A DNA stretch of 64,000 bases from an uncultured Dehalococcoidia bacterium. GTDB lineage: Bacteria > Chloroflexota > Dehalococcoidia > DSTF01 > JACRBR01. The stretch is from positions 27,425 through 91,424 of the forward strand of contig CAZAPT010000008.1 of the NCBI GenBank assembly GCA_964487335.1, in the 5' to 3' direction. Every line of letters begins with the position of its first letter. The first letter of the stretch is position 1. Made by a program: the position numbers and the translations under genes. The notes under the pieces are model-generated. The model worked only from the letters and a program-made list of their open reading frames with translations, ran no database searches and was not told the DNA's origin. Shown in pieces: positions 19,525-29,555 of this stretch.

Positions 19525-19910
19525 CCGAGGCGCGTAGCGATCTCGACGAAGAGCTCCGTGCGAACATCGAGAAGTACGGCGTCGGACGCATCCGACGCCA
19601 CATATTCCTTTGCGCCGACCAGACTGAGCCGAAGTGCGCCCCACGCGAGCAGACGCTCGCTGCGTGGGACTACCTGAAGCGTCGCCTCGCGGAACTTGGG
19701 CTCACCTCAGGCGATCACGTCGTCTATCGCACGAAAGCTAACTGCCTGCGGATGTGCGCGCAGGGCCCGATCGCCGTCGTCTATCCCGAAGGCGTCTGGT
19801 ACCACTCCGCCGATCCGCCCGTCCTCGAGCGCATCATCAACGAGCACCTCATCGCCGGCATCCCGGTAATGGAGTACGCGTTCGCGGCAAACCCGCTGGG
19901 CTTGGAGTAG
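19521..19910 (+). CDS. Thioredoxin-like [2Fe-2S] ferredoxin
   Basis: HIFLC..KC...ANCLRMCAQGPIAVVYPEGVWY; ATGA overlap with amidase stop. Confidence 0.9.
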   Translation: MTEARSDLDEELRANIEKYGVGRIRRHIFLCADQTEPKCAPREQTLAAWDYLKRRLAELGLTSGDHVVYRTKANCLRMCAQGPIAVVYPEGVWYHSADPPVLERIINEHLIAGIPVMEYAFAANPLGLE

Positions 19911-19946
19911 ATCGCGCGGCCGCCCGGACGAAGGCGAAGGTAAAGC

Positions 19947-20642
19947 CTACGACTCCCCGCCGCCCTCCGCGGGCTTCTGCTCGCCCTCGGCCGGTGCCGC
20001 AGCGCCCTCGGCAGGAGCTTCGCCCTCGGCGGGCGCCTCGCCCTCGGCCGCAGCCGCCGCTTCCTCTTCCTCGACCGCCAGCCGCGGCGTCGCCACGCGC
20101 GCAACGACCACGTCCGGGTCCGTGTGCAGCGTCACCTTCGATGCGTCCACCGCGAGGTCGCGCACGTGCAGCGACGACTCCAGCTCCTCGAGCACCGAAA
20201 CGTCCACCTCGAAGTGCGGCGGGATGTCCGCCGGCAGCGCTTCGACCGCGACGCTATCGAGCGTTTGCAGCAGCACGCCGCCGTATGTTCCCACCGCCGG
20301 CGCTGTGCCGGTGATCACCACCGGCACGTCCGCGCGCATCTTCTCCGTCATCGAGATTTGGAAGAAGTCGATGTGCAGGATGCGTCCGGTGACCGGGTCG
20401 CGCTGGACCGATCGCACGACCGCCGGGCGAGCCTTCCCGTCGCCGTCCACCGTCAGGTCGAAGATCGCGTTCCGCGATGCCCCGCGCAGCGCGTGCGCGA
20501 TGTCGGTCGTCGGTGCCTGCACCGCCACCGACTCCACCTTGTTGCCGTAGATGTTGGCAGGCGTAATCCCGCTCCGCCGGAGCGCCTTGACCTTCTTGCC
20601 TAGCACCGTGCGCGGCACAAGTTGAAGCTTCGTGTTTGCCAT
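19947..20642 (-). CDS. rplY: 50S ribosomal protein L25/CTC
   Basis: GKKVKALRR..PANIYG, VQRDPVTGRILHIDF, acidic C-tail. Confidence 0.95.
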   Translation of the reverse strand: MANTKLQLVPRTVLGKKVKALRRSGITPANIYGNKVESVAVQAPTTDIAHALRGASRNAIFDLTVDGDGKARPAVVRSVQRDPVTGRILHIDFFQISMTEKMRADVPVVITGTAPAVGTYGGVLLQTLDSVAVEALPADIPPHFEVDVSVLEELESSLHVRDLAVDASKVTLHTDPDVVVARVATPRLAVEEEEAAAAAEGEAPAEGEAPAEGAAAPAEGEQKPAEGGGES

Positions 20643-20753
20643 CGTCTACCCGCTCAGTTTCGTGTGATTCGTACGGCGAGATACGCGCGAAGAGCGTAAC
20701 AAACCGCCGCTCGCCCCGGCAAACGGAATGCACGTGCACATCCCTCGCGCACC

Positions 20754-20776
20754 GTAGCGCGGGCTTTCAGCCCGCG
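20754..20776 (+). repeat. REP-like element, family B
   Basis: GTAG-CGCGGGCT-ttc-AGCCCGCG. Confidence 0.8.
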
Positions 20777-20853
20777 AACGCGCCGGGCACAGGCCTTGCG
20801 GAGCGACAGGTCTTCAGGGCTGTGCGCCTTGCCCCGCGCCATGTCTCGTGCGC

Positions 20854-22041
20854 TCACCGATCCATCAGCGCCGACACCCCCGGCAACTCCCGCCCCTCTA
20901 GGAACTCCAGCGACGCCCCGCCGCCCGTCGATACGTGCGCGTACGCGGGCGCCAGCCCCACGTCCGTCACCAGCGATACCGTTTCGCCGCCGCCGATCAC
21001 GACCGTCGCGTCGAGCTTCGCCAGGAACTTCGCCAGCTCGATCGACCCCTGCGCGAACGCCTCCCACTCGGCCACGCCCAACGGGCCGTTCCAGACCACC
21101 GTCTTCACTCCCGCGAGCTTCGCTTCATAGTCGCTCACCGTTTTCGGCCCGACGTCCAGGATCATCCACCCCGAAGGCATGCCTGGCAGATCGACGATCT
21201 TCGACTGCGCGTCCGCCGCAAAATGATCCGCGACCACTGCATCCGCCGGCAGCCCGATCGTCACGTCGCGCGCCTCCGCCTTCTGCTCGATCTTCCGCGC
21301 CGTGTCGACCTGATCGTCCTCAACGACCGACGCGCCGACATCCACGCCCCGCGCCTTCAGGAACGTGCTCGCCATTCCGCCTCCGATCAGCAGCACATCG
21401 ACCTTGGACAGCAGATGCTGCAGCACGCCGATCTTCGAGCTGATCTTCGCCCCGCCGATGATCGCCGCGAGCGGCCGCTCCGGCTCCGATACCACCCGGC
21501 TCAGGTAATCGATCTCCTTCTCCATCAGGAAGCCCGCCACCGCCGGCAAATACTTCGCGACGCCCGCGGTCGACGCGTGTGTGCGATGCGCCGTCCCGAA
21601 CGCATCGTTCACGTACACGTCTGCGTACGACGCCAGCTTCTTCGCGAGATCCGGATCGTTCTTCTCCTCGCCCGGGTCGAAGCGCACGTTCTCCAGCATC
21701 GCGACGCCGCCCCGCTGCAGCGATGCCACCGTCTCGTCCGCCGAAGGCCCGACGACGTCCGTCGCGCATGCCACCGGGATACCGATGATCTCGCTCAGCC
21801 GCTTCCCTACCGGCGCCAGCCGCAGCTCGTCGGCGACCTTCCCATCCGGCCGACCGAGATGCGAGACCAGGATGATCCTCGCCTTGCGCTCCCGCAGGTA
21901 GTCGATCGTCGGCACCGCAGCCCGGATCCGCGTGTCGTCGACGATCTCGCGCGTCCTTTTGTCGATCGGCACGTTGAAGTCCACACCCACCAGCACGCGC
22001 TTCCCGTCGACGTCGATGTCGCGCACCGTCTTCTTGTTCAT
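20854..22041 (-). CDS. pgk: Phosphoglycerate kinase
   Basis: VDFNVP, SHLGRP, LENVRF, DAFGTAHR, STGGGASLEFLEG; start MNKKTV after GGAGG. Confidence 0.97.
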   Translation of the reverse strand: MNKKTVRDIDVDGKRVLVGVDFNVPIDKRTREIVDDTRIRAAVPTIDYLRERKARIILVSHLGRPDGKVADELRLAPVGKRLSEIIGIPVACATDVVGPSADETVASLQRGGVAMLENVRFDPGEEKNDPDLAKKLASYADVYVNDAFGTAHRTHASTAGVAKYLPAVAGFLMEKEIDYLSRVVSEPERPLAAIIGGAKISSKIGVLQHLLSKVDVLLIGGGMASTFLKARGVDVGASVVEDDQVDTARKIEQKAEARDVTIGLPADAVVADHFAADAQSKIVDLPGMPSGWMILDVGPKTVSDYEAKLAGVKTVVWNGPLGVAEWEAFAQGSIELAKFLAKLDATVVIGGGETVSLVTDVGLAPAYAHVSTGGGASLEFLEGRELPGVSALMDR

Positions 22042-22157
22042 CGCCTCCACGAAGGATCAGGCCCCGCCGTCCGTCCCATCACTCGATCGGCGCGTCCCCG
22101 CCACACGTCCGCTGCCGATGCTGTTACGATGATCATTGGAATCAAGGGAGAGCGCCA

Positions 22158-23999
22158 ATGGCGGGAACCGAAAACAACTTCCATTTCTCGCCGCGCCCCA
22201 ATCGCGCGAACGAGATCGCGTGGCGCGAGTGGTCGCCGGAAGCCTTCGAGGCGGCCCGGCACGATGATAAGCCGATCGTCCTCGACATCTCCGCCGTGTG
22301 GTGCCACTGGTGTCATGTCATGGACGAGACGTCGTACTCCGATCCGGACGTGATCTCGCTCATCAACGACCGCTTCGTCGCCCTGCGCGTGGACAACGAC
22401 CAGCGCCCTGACGTCAACGCCCGCTACAACATGGGCGGCTGGCCGACGACCGCCTTCCTCACCCCGGAAGGCGAAGTGTTGGCCGGCATGACCTACATCC
22501 CGCCGGAGCAGATGCGTGACGTCCTCCAGCAGGTCAGCAGCTATTACAAGGACAACAAGCAGGACATCCAGAAGAAGATTGCCGAGATCGCCGCGAACCG
22601 CGGTCGCGCGGACGGATCCACCGAGGGCACGGAGCTCTCCGACCAGGTCTTCCGCGACGTCATGCACTCCACCAGCGACGCCTACGACCCGGTCTACGGC
22701 GGCTTCGGCAACGAACCGAAGTTCCCCCACACCGACGCCATCGACCTGCTCCTGCATGCCTACCTGCGCGACGGCGATCGTGACGCCCTCCACATGGCGC
22801 GCAAGACGCTCGACTACATGTGCAAGGGCGGCACCTACGACCAGGAGTGGGGCGGCTTCTATCGATACTCCACCAAGCGCGACTGGAGCATCCCCCATTA
22901 CGAGAAGATGCTCGAGGACAACGCGCTCCTCCTGCGCAACCTGCTCAAGCTCTACCGCATCACCGACGACGATCAGCACCGCCAGTACATCGACTTCACC
23001 ATCGATTACCTGGACGCATGGCTCAGCGATCCGGTGACCGGGGCGTTCTACGGATCACAGGACGCGGACGAGGACTTCTACCCGCTTCCCGGAGAAGAGC
23101 GGAAGCGTCTCCCGGCGCCGTACGTGGACAAGACCGTCTACACCAGCTGGAACGCGATGGCGATCAGCGCCTACGTCGAAGCGTCGTGGACCCGCGGGAA
23201 GCCGCATCTCCTCGAGCGCGCGCTGAGGGCGCTCGACTTCCTCTTCGCCACGCTGCACACCGACGGCGATGGCATGTACCGCTACCTCGCACCCGAAGGC
23301 CGTCGCATCGCCGGTCTCCTCGGCGACCAGGCATGGACCGCCATGGCATGTCTCGATGCATACGAAGCCGCAGGGCGTCCGCAGGATCTTGATCGCGCGA
23401 AGGCGCTCGCGGGGTTCATGCGCGAGCATCTCTCCGACGAAACCGGCGGCTTCTTCGACACTCCTCGCGGTCACGATGCGCTCGGTCGCCTCTCGATGCG
23501 GCAGAAGCCGGTGAAAGAGAACGCAGTCGCCGCGCAGGTGTTCACGCGTCTCGCGCGCATCACGCACGATCCCGCATACGAAGACATCGCGCTACGCACG
23601 CTCCAGCAGTTCACGAACGTCGTCGAGTCGCAGGGATACTTCGCATCGGACTACGCAAAGGCCGTGGACGTCTTCCTCAACCCTGGCGCCGAAGTGAAGA
23701 TCGTCGCCCACGATGGCGCCGGCGTCGGTCCGCTCCGCGCCGCTGCGCTCTCGCTGCTGGTGCCGGATCGCGTCGTCCGCGCGATCGATGCCCGCGATCC
23801 GTCGGCACTCGACGCCGAGTCGCTTCCGGCCGATCCATCACCCGCCGCGTACGTCTGCTACGGCACCCTCTGCTCAGCGCCCGTCACGTCGCCCGGCGAC
23901 CTGATCGATGCCGTGAGCCGTACCCGGCAGGCCTACGAATCGACGCGCCACGCCGAGCCTCTTGCCGGCCCCAGGGGCGGCGGGATGGCTTCGGACTGA
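22158..23999 (+). CDS. YyaL/SSP411-like protein (DUF255 thioredoxin domain + glycoside-hydrolase-like helical barrel)
   Basis: WCHWCHVM, GGWPTT.FLTP, GGFG..PKFP, PHYEKMLEDNA, SQDAD, AYVC..C..P. Confidence 0.9.
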   Translation: MAGTENNFHFSPRPNRANEIAWREWSPEAFEAARHDDKPIVLDISAVWCHWCHVMDETSYSDPDVISLINDRFVALRVDNDQRPDVNARYNMGGWPTTAFLTPEGEVLAGMTYIPPEQMRDVLQQVSSYYKDNKQDIQKKIAEIAANRGRADGSTEGTELSDQVFRDVMHSTSDAYDPVYGGFGNEPKFPHTDAIDLLLHAYLRDGDRDALHMARKTLDYMCKGGTYDQEWGGFYRYSTKRDWSIPHYEKMLEDNALLLRNLLKLYRITDDDQHRQYIDFTIDYLDAWLSDPVTGAFYGSQDADEDFYPLPGEERKRLPAPYVDKTVYTSWNAMAISAYVEASWTRGKPHLLERALRALDFLFATLHTDGDGMYRYLAPEGRRIAGLLGDQAWTAMACLDAYEAAGRPQDLDRAKALAGFMREHLSDETGGFFDTPRGHDALGRLSMRQKPVKENAVAAQVFTRLARITHDPAYEDIALRTLQQFTNVVESQGYFASDYAKAVDVFLNPGAEVKIVAHDGAGVGPLRAAALSLLVPDRVVRAIDARDPSALDAESLPADPSPAAYVCYGTLCSAPVTSPGDLIDAVSRTRQAYESTRHAEPLAGPRGGGMASD

Positions 24000-24024
24000 C
24001 CGATATTGAGCAAGGAGGTTCGAT

Positions 24025-24297
24025 ATGGCACGAGGAGGCGACGAAGCGCTCGATACCCAGCAGCCGGGAGGAGGCGACCGCTTCAAGCTCATCGGTGGAG
24101 GCGTCGCGCTGGGCGTTCTCGCGCTGTTCCTTCTGCAAAACCTCCAGGAAGTCAGCATCCACTTCCTCTGGTTCGAGTGGTCGACGCGCATGATCTGGGC
24201 GCTGCTGGCATCCGCCGTCATCGGCGCGCTCGCGATGGTGCTGTTCACAACGATCCGAGCACGGCGCCGAATCGCGCGGCGTCGCGCGGGACTCTAG
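24025..24297 (+). CDS. Small membrane protein, LapA/DUF1049-like
   Basis: Two hydrophobic helices, FLLQNLQEVSIHFLWF pattern; AAGGAGG RBS. Confidence 0.7.
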   Translation: MARGGDEALDTQQPGGGDRFKLIGGGVALGVLALFLLQNLQEVSIHFLWFEWSTRMIWALLASAVIGALAMVLFTTIRARRRIARRRAGL

Positions 24298-24411
24298 TCC
24301 AGCCGCAGCTCTCGCCTTTCCCAGCTCAACGAGAGAATGAGAGTGCGTTTATTGCTGTGGTTAACCCCTGAACCTTTTTCTTAGCATCAACGCCCGAACG
24401 AAACCGCTCCC

Positions 24412-24441
24412 TTCCACCCTCCGATCCCTCTCTCTATAATG
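24412..24441 (+). promoter_or_regulatory. Probable sigma70 promoter for mreB
   Basis: TTCCAC, 17-nt spacer, TATAAT upstream of the GTG start. Confidence 0.5.
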
Positions 24442-24499
24442 CGCCGCGGCGCACCCGGATGATCGCGCCGCCTGCCCTCCTCTCGGAAGGAATCGACGG

Positions 24500-25561
24500 G
24501 TGATCAACCCCCTCACTGCAGTCCTCGGCTTCTTCTCCCACGACGTCGGCATCGACCTCGGCACCGCCAATACCCTCGTCATGGTGAAGGGCCGCGGCAT
24601 CGTCATCGATGAGCCCTCCGTCGTCGCCATCGACCGCCAGTCCAAGCGCATTCTCGCCATCGGCGCCGAGGCCAAGCGCATGGTCGGCCGCACCCCCTCC
24701 AGCATCGTCGCCGTCCGCCCCCTGAAGGACGGCGTCATCTCCGACTTCGAGGTCACCGAGCGCATGCTCCAGTACTTCATCCGCTCGGTGCACGACCGCT
24801 TCGGCTTCGGCGTCCCCCGACCCCGCGTCGTAATCGGCATCCCCAGCGGCGTCACCGAAGTCGAGAAGCGCGCCGTCCACGACGCCGCCCTCAACGCCGG
24901 CGCCCGCGCCGCCTTCCTCGTCGAAGAGCCCATGGCCGCCGCCATCGGCGCCGGCCTCCCGATCATGGAGCCCAACGGCTGCATGATGGTCGACGTCGGC
25001 GGCGGTACGACCGAAGTCGCTGTCATCGCACTCGGCGGCGTCGTCGTCAGCACGTCCATCCGCACGGCCGGCGACGAGATGGACCAGGAGATCATGGCCT
25101 ACGCGCGCCAGGTCCATAACATGCTCATCGGCGAGCGCACCGCGGAGGAGATCAAGATCGAAGCCGGGTCTGCGTTTCCGATGGAGCCCGAAGAGAACTG
25201 CGAGATCCGCGGGCGCGATCTCGCCACCGGCCTGCCGAAGTCCGTCGAAGTCAGCACCGTCGAGATCCGCGACGCCCTCTCCGGATCGATCAACGCCGTC
25301 ATCGACGCAGTGCGCTCCACGATCGAGATCACGCCGCCGGAACTCGTCGCGGATCTGATGTATCGCGGCATCGCTCTCGCCGGCGGTGGCGCGCTGCTCC
25401 GCGGCCTCGACCGTCGTCTCGCACAGGAGACGCGCTTCCCCGTCTACGTCGCTGAAGACCCGTTGCTCTGCGTCGTCCGCGGCACTGGCGAAGTCCTCGA
25501 GGAAACCCGCATGCTCCAGAAAGTCCAGTCCGCCCTCGCCGCCCGCAAACCGCCGCGTTGA
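24500..25561 (+). CDS. mreB: Rod shape-determining actin MreB/Mbl
   Basis: IDLGTANTL, RPLKDGVISDF, DVGGGTTEVA, LAGGGALL. Confidence 0.95.
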   Translation: MINPLTAVLGFFSHDVGIDLGTANTLVMVKGRGIVIDEPSVVAIDRQSKRILAIGAEAKRMVGRTPSSIVAVRPLKDGVISDFEVTERMLQYFIRSVHDRFGFGVPRPRVVIGIPSGVTEVEKRAVHDAALNAGARAAFLVEEPMAAAIGAGLPIMEPNGCMMVDVGGGTTEVAVIALGGVVVSTSIRTAGDEMDQEIMAYARQVHNMLIGERTAEEIKIEAGSAFPMEPEENCEIRGRDLATGLPKSVEVSTVEIRDALSGSINAVIDAVRSTIEITPPELVADLMYRGIALAGGGALLRGLDRRLAQETRFPVYVAEDPLLCVVRGTGEVLEETRMLQKVQSALAARKPPR

Positions 25562-25576
25562 TCGCATAATTCGGGC

Positions 25577-26212
25577 GTGAGACGTCCGCACTCGAACATC
25601 ACGCTCGCGACCGCGTGCGCGATGGTTGCGCTCGCGCTGATCGCCTGCTCCTCGAACAACCGCACATCGTCAACGTCGACGGAGCCGCCGCCTCCATTCG
25701 AAACGCCAACCCCGGTCGTGCAACACAGCGGCATCCCGTCCGTCGACGCCGTGATCGACGCCGTCGCCAGCGGCAACGCCGACGCACTCGCAGCACTCAT
25801 GCGCTTCCCGAAGATCCCCTGCACGACAGATCACGAGGGCCTCGGACGTCCCCCCGATTGCCCTGACGGCGTCGCCAACGAGACGCCGATCGAAGCCATG
25901 CCGGTTCTCGCGTGCGAAGGCACGTACATGGTGCCGGGACAGGAGCAACAGGCGTCGCAGCAATTCGTCGACGCGAATCCGGCTCTATATGGGGTCTACC
26001 AGCAAGCCCCGAAACCCGATTTGCCTGAAGCTAAGTATGCGGTGCTCTATTCGGTACCTGGTCCACCTGCACACGGAGTCGGGTCGCAACTCTTCCTCGG
26101 GTGGCAACTCTTCGTGTCAGACGACGGGATCGTTGGCATCTCGGACGGGTGCGGTACGCCGCCGGAGTGGATTGCTCAAAACTCGGCTGGGACTCAAATT
26201 CCAACCCGTTAG
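25577..26212 (+). CDS. Hypothetical lipoprotein
   Basis: Signal peptide with LIAC lipobox, Pro/Thr linker, Cys-containing domain. Confidence 0.7.
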   Translation: MRRPHSNITLATACAMVALALIACSSNNRTSSTSTEPPPPFETPTPVVQHSGIPSVDAVIDAVASGNADALAALMRFPKIPCTTDHEGLGRPPDCPDGVANETPIEAMPVLACEGTYMVPGQEQQASQQFVDANPALYGVYQQAPKPDLPEAKYAVLYSVPGPPAHGVGSQLFLGWQLFVSDDGIVGISDGCGTPPEWIAQNSAGTQIPTR

Positions 26213-26219
26213 GGCTCGC

Positions 26220-27167
26220 TCAAAATTCCCGAAACTCATCCGCAAACAGCGCCACCGCACCGCCCGTGTGCAGGAACACGACCGTCCCTCCGACCCGACC
26301 CTCCCGCGCCGCCGCGATGAGCCCCGCCATCGCCTTCCCCGTGTACACCGGGTCAAGCACCAGCCCCTCCGTCCGCGCTGCCAGTCGCACCGCATCGCGG
26401 CACTCCTCCGTGATCGATGCGTAGTGCTCGCCCGTGTGATCCGCGATGATCACCTCCGCCGCCGGCGCCGGCCGTCCCGCTAGCGCCGCCGCTTTCGCCG
26501 CCAGCCGAGGCACCTTCTCGGCCAGCGGAACCGTCGGCCGCGACACGTCCACTCCCAGCACCTCCACCGACGCCGGCAGCCCCGCCAGCAGCCCCGCGTG
26601 CGTGCCGCCGCTGCCATCCGCCAGCACGATCCAGTCCGGCGGAACGTCCATCTGCGACACCAATTCGTCGGCCGCCGCGACGTACGCCAGCGCGCCCACG
26701 GGCGTCGCGCCGCCCACCGGCATCGCGTACGCGTTCGGTCCGAACTGCGCCGCCAGCCGATCGACCTCCGCCTCGAGCACCGTCCAGTCGTCCGTCCCCG
26801 CGAAGTGCAGCTCCGCGCCGAACAGCCGGTCGAGCACCAGGTTCCCGCTGTAGCGCGACGGCGCATCCCCCGCGAGCACCAGGTGACACGACATCCCGCA
26901 GATCGCCGCCGCAGCGGCCGTCATCCGCGCGAAGTTCGACTGCGCCCCGCCCGCAGTCACCAGCGTGTCCGCCCCCTTCTCAATCGCGTCCGCGATGAGG
27001 TAGTCGAGCTTCCGCGCCTTGTTCCCACCGAGCGCGAGCCCCGTCTGGTCGTCGCGCTTCACCAGCAGCCGCAACCCCAGCTCCTCGGACAACAGGGGCG
27101 CCTCCACCAACGGCGTCGGCAACAACGCCAACTTCGGCACCACCCGCGTCGATCTCGTCGTTGTCAT
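26220..27167 (-). CDS. D-cysteine desulfhydrase/ACC deaminase family PLP enzyme
   Basis: KRDD.TG..LGGNKARKL, GGAQSNFAR, LDPVYTGKAM, FLHTGG. Confidence 0.9.
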   Translation of the reverse strand: MTTTRSTRVVPKLALLPTPLVEAPLLSEELGLRLLVKRDDQTGLALGGNKARKLDYLIADAIEKGADTLVTAGGAQSNFARMTAAAAAICGMSCHLVLAGDAPSRYSGNLVLDRLFGAELHFAGTDDWTVLEAEVDRLAAQFGPNAYAMPVGGATPVGALAYVAAADELVSQMDVPPDWIVLADGSGGTHAGLLAGLPASVEVLGVDVSRPTVPLAEKVPRLAAKAAALAGRPAPAAEVIIADHTGEHYASITEECRDAVRLAARTEGLVLDPVYTGKAMAGLIAAAREGRVGGTVVFLHTGGAVALFADEFREF

Positions 27168-27225
27168 GTCTAACCTCACCGCTGCACAAATTCAGATGAA
27201 TTGAGATTACAGCGTGAAGGCACGT

Positions 27226-27253
27226 GTAGGGGCGGCCCGCATGTGGCCGCCCC
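27226..27253 (+). repeat. REP-like element, family A
   Basis: GTAG-GGGCGGC-ccgcatgtg-GCCGCCC. Confidence 0.8.
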
Positions 27254-27378
27254 CTCCGGACGGAATCATCGTCGATTCCCCGCGCTGGTTCCGCGCAGAC
27301 TAGAACCCTGTCCACATTGTGGAGAGAGTGGCCCGGCGTGGCCGGTGAGGTTCCCCGCTCCGCGTGTCGGAGAGACGG

Positions 27379-29103
27379 CTAGGGGGCGAGGCTTTCTGCA
27401 GGACGCACATCCTGCACGTCCACCTCCACTACCCCATCCCGCCCGGACGAGATCCCGTACACGATGTCCACCACATCCCCCTCACGCACCGCGCACTCGC
27501 CCAGGTCGAACCCGATCGCCGCGTACGTCAGCGCGCCATCGCGCAGCTTCATCTTGATGTGCTGGTCGCCGTTGCCGACGTACCGCGCCTCCACGACCGT
27601 CACCCCGCGCGCCAGGAACAGCGGCTGCGGGTTCCCGATGCCGAACGGCCCCAACCGCGAAAGCCAGCGGATCTCATCGCCGCGAAGTTGCCGCAGCGGC
27701 AAGTTGCAGTCGATGTCCAGCACCGGCACCAGCTCGACGTCTGCCAGCGCCCGCTCCGCTTGCCGCGTCAACATCTCCCGCACCTCGTCGATGCGCCGGT
27801 TCTCCACCGTGAACCCTGCCGCCGCCCGGTGCCCCCCGAACCGCACGAAGAGATCCGGCCGCGTACGGAGCGCATCAGTAATGTGGAACTCTTCGATGCT
27901 CCTGCAGCTCGCGCGGCTCGTCGTCTTCCCCAGCTCGTACACCACCGCCGGCCGCGCGTAGAGCGAGACGAGCTTGGATGCGATCAACCCTACGATCCCC
28001 GACGAAAACGCCGCGTCGCCGATCATGATCAGCGCGGGCGGCTCGCCGTCCCCCATCATCTCCGTCGCCTGCGCAACCGCCTGCGCCGTCCGGTCCTGCC
28101 GCTCGCGGTTCAGCGCATCGACCTGCTGCGCCAGATCGCGCGCGCGTTCTTCGTCGCGCGTCATCAGCAGTTCCAGCGCGATCTTCGCGTGCGCGATGCG
28201 CCCCGCTGCGTTCAGACGCGGCCCCAGCCGGTAGCCGATGTCGTCCGCCGACACCCTGTCCGCGCGCACCGATGCCACATCCATGAGCACCCGTAGCCCC
28301 GGCCGCGACGATCGCGCCAGCGCCGGTAGCCCCGTACGCACGAGCCGGCGGTTCTCGTCGATCAGTGGCGCCATGTCGCACACCGTCCCCAGTGCCGCGA
28401 GATCGAGATAGGCGCTCGCATCGAACTCGCGACCGCACGCCGCGTGCAGCGCCGCCGCGACGTGATACGCCAGGCCCGCTGTTGCCAGCTCGAGCAGCGG
28501 TCCGGGACGCGCGTCCTCGCGTTTCGGGTTCACGAGAGCATTCGCGTCTGGCAGCCTCGGCGGCACCGTGTGATGGTCGAGCACCATCACGTCCATACCG
28601 ATCGCCCGCGCGCGTGCCACCTCTTCTATGCTGCTCGTCCCGCAATCCGCCGTCACAAGCAGGGTCGCGCCGCTCGCACGCAGCCGTTCGATCGCCTCGA
28701 TATTGAGCCCGTAGCCCTCGCTGAACCGGTCGGGGATATAAGGAAGCGCCGTCGCGCCGAGTTCCGTGAGCGCCTCGCACAGCTGCGCGACCGACGTGAC
28801 ACCGTCCACATCGAAGTCGCCGAACACCGCGATGCACTCGCGCTCGTGCGCCGCCCGCGCCATCCGTTCGATAGCGACGTCAAAGTCCGGCAGGACCGAA
28901 GGATCAGGCGCGGTCGTGGGTGGATCGATGAAGTGGGCCACGCTCGACGCGCTTGTCGCCCCCCGCAGCGCCAGCAGCCGGGAAATCACCGGCGGCCACG
29001 AACCCTCCGGAAGCTCGGCGGGTCGCGGACGCCCGCACCATCGGCGGCGCCGCACCATCGGTGGTGTATCGGACACTTCCGGCAGGAGCGCGGGTAGCGT
29101 CAT
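27379..29103 (-). CDS. recJ: Single-stranded DNA exonuclease RecJ
   Basis: GDFDVDG, PDRFSEGYG, TADCG, DHH, GPRLNAAGR, GGHRAAAG. Confidence 0.95.
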   Translation of the reverse strand: MTLPALLPEVSDTPPMVRRRRWCGRPRPAELPEGSWPPVISRLLALRGATSASSVAHFIDPPTTAPDPSVLPDFDVAIERMARAAHERECIAVFGDFDVDGVTSVAQLCEALTELGATALPYIPDRFSEGYGLNIEAIERLRASGATLLVTADCGTSSIEEVARARAIGMDVMVLDHHTVPPRLPDANALVNPKREDARPGPLLELATAGLAYHVAAALHAACGREFDASAYLDLAALGTVCDMAPLIDENRRLVRTGLPALARSSRPGLRVLMDVASVRADRVSADDIGYRLGPRLNAAGRIAHAKIALELLMTRDEERARDLAQQVDALNRERQDRTAQAVAQATEMMGDGEPPALIMIGDAAFSSGIVGLIASKLVSLYARPAVVYELGKTTSRASCRSIEEFHITDALRTRPDLFVRFGGHRAAAGFTVENRRIDEVREMLTRQAERALADVELVPVLDIDCNLPLRQLRGDEIRWLSRLGPFGIGNPQPLFLARGVTVVEARYVGNGDQHIKMKLRDGALTYAAIGFDLGECAVREGDVVDIVYGISSGRDGVVEVDVQDVRPAESLAP

Positions 29104-29263
29104 GCTGCCGCGAGTGTATCAGAACATACGTCCGCAGTCGATCCGCCCGTCGCTCTCGCCGGATCGGAGGATATTTAACAGTAACCCCCGGCGTCCTCGC
29201 GCGTTCAGATTCGCGAGGGGCGTCTCGGTCATAATTCGCCACGAATTTTGTTTACGGATAGTC

Positions 29264-29291
29264 TTGACAATGCGCCGTGCAGTGATAAGCT
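29264..29291 (+). promoter_or_regulatory. Near-consensus sigma70 promoter for the large surface protein gene
   Basis: TTGACA 29264-29269, 16-nt spacer with TG extension, TAAGCT 29286-29291; palindrome AATTCG-cca-CGAATT at 29233-29247. Confidence 0.6.
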
Positions 29292-29555
29292 CAGCCCTAG
29301 CCGAGGAGCGCGGCTCCACGGTCATGCGCGCGGGTGGGGTCAGGCCGCCCCTTCGCATGCAATCCCCGCTCGTGAACCCCGCTACGTAATCAGGATGTAC
29401 GACGGCCCCGCAGCAGCGTGGCCGGAGTGCAGTGATGTTTGTCTGCAGCTTAGCTTCATTTCCCCGCAGAAGGAGGCGCGATTCGAGCATGAGCTGACCT
29501 CCGGAGACAACCTCCGGATCGATTGAGAGCCCTACACGTTCAGGAGGAATCACAC

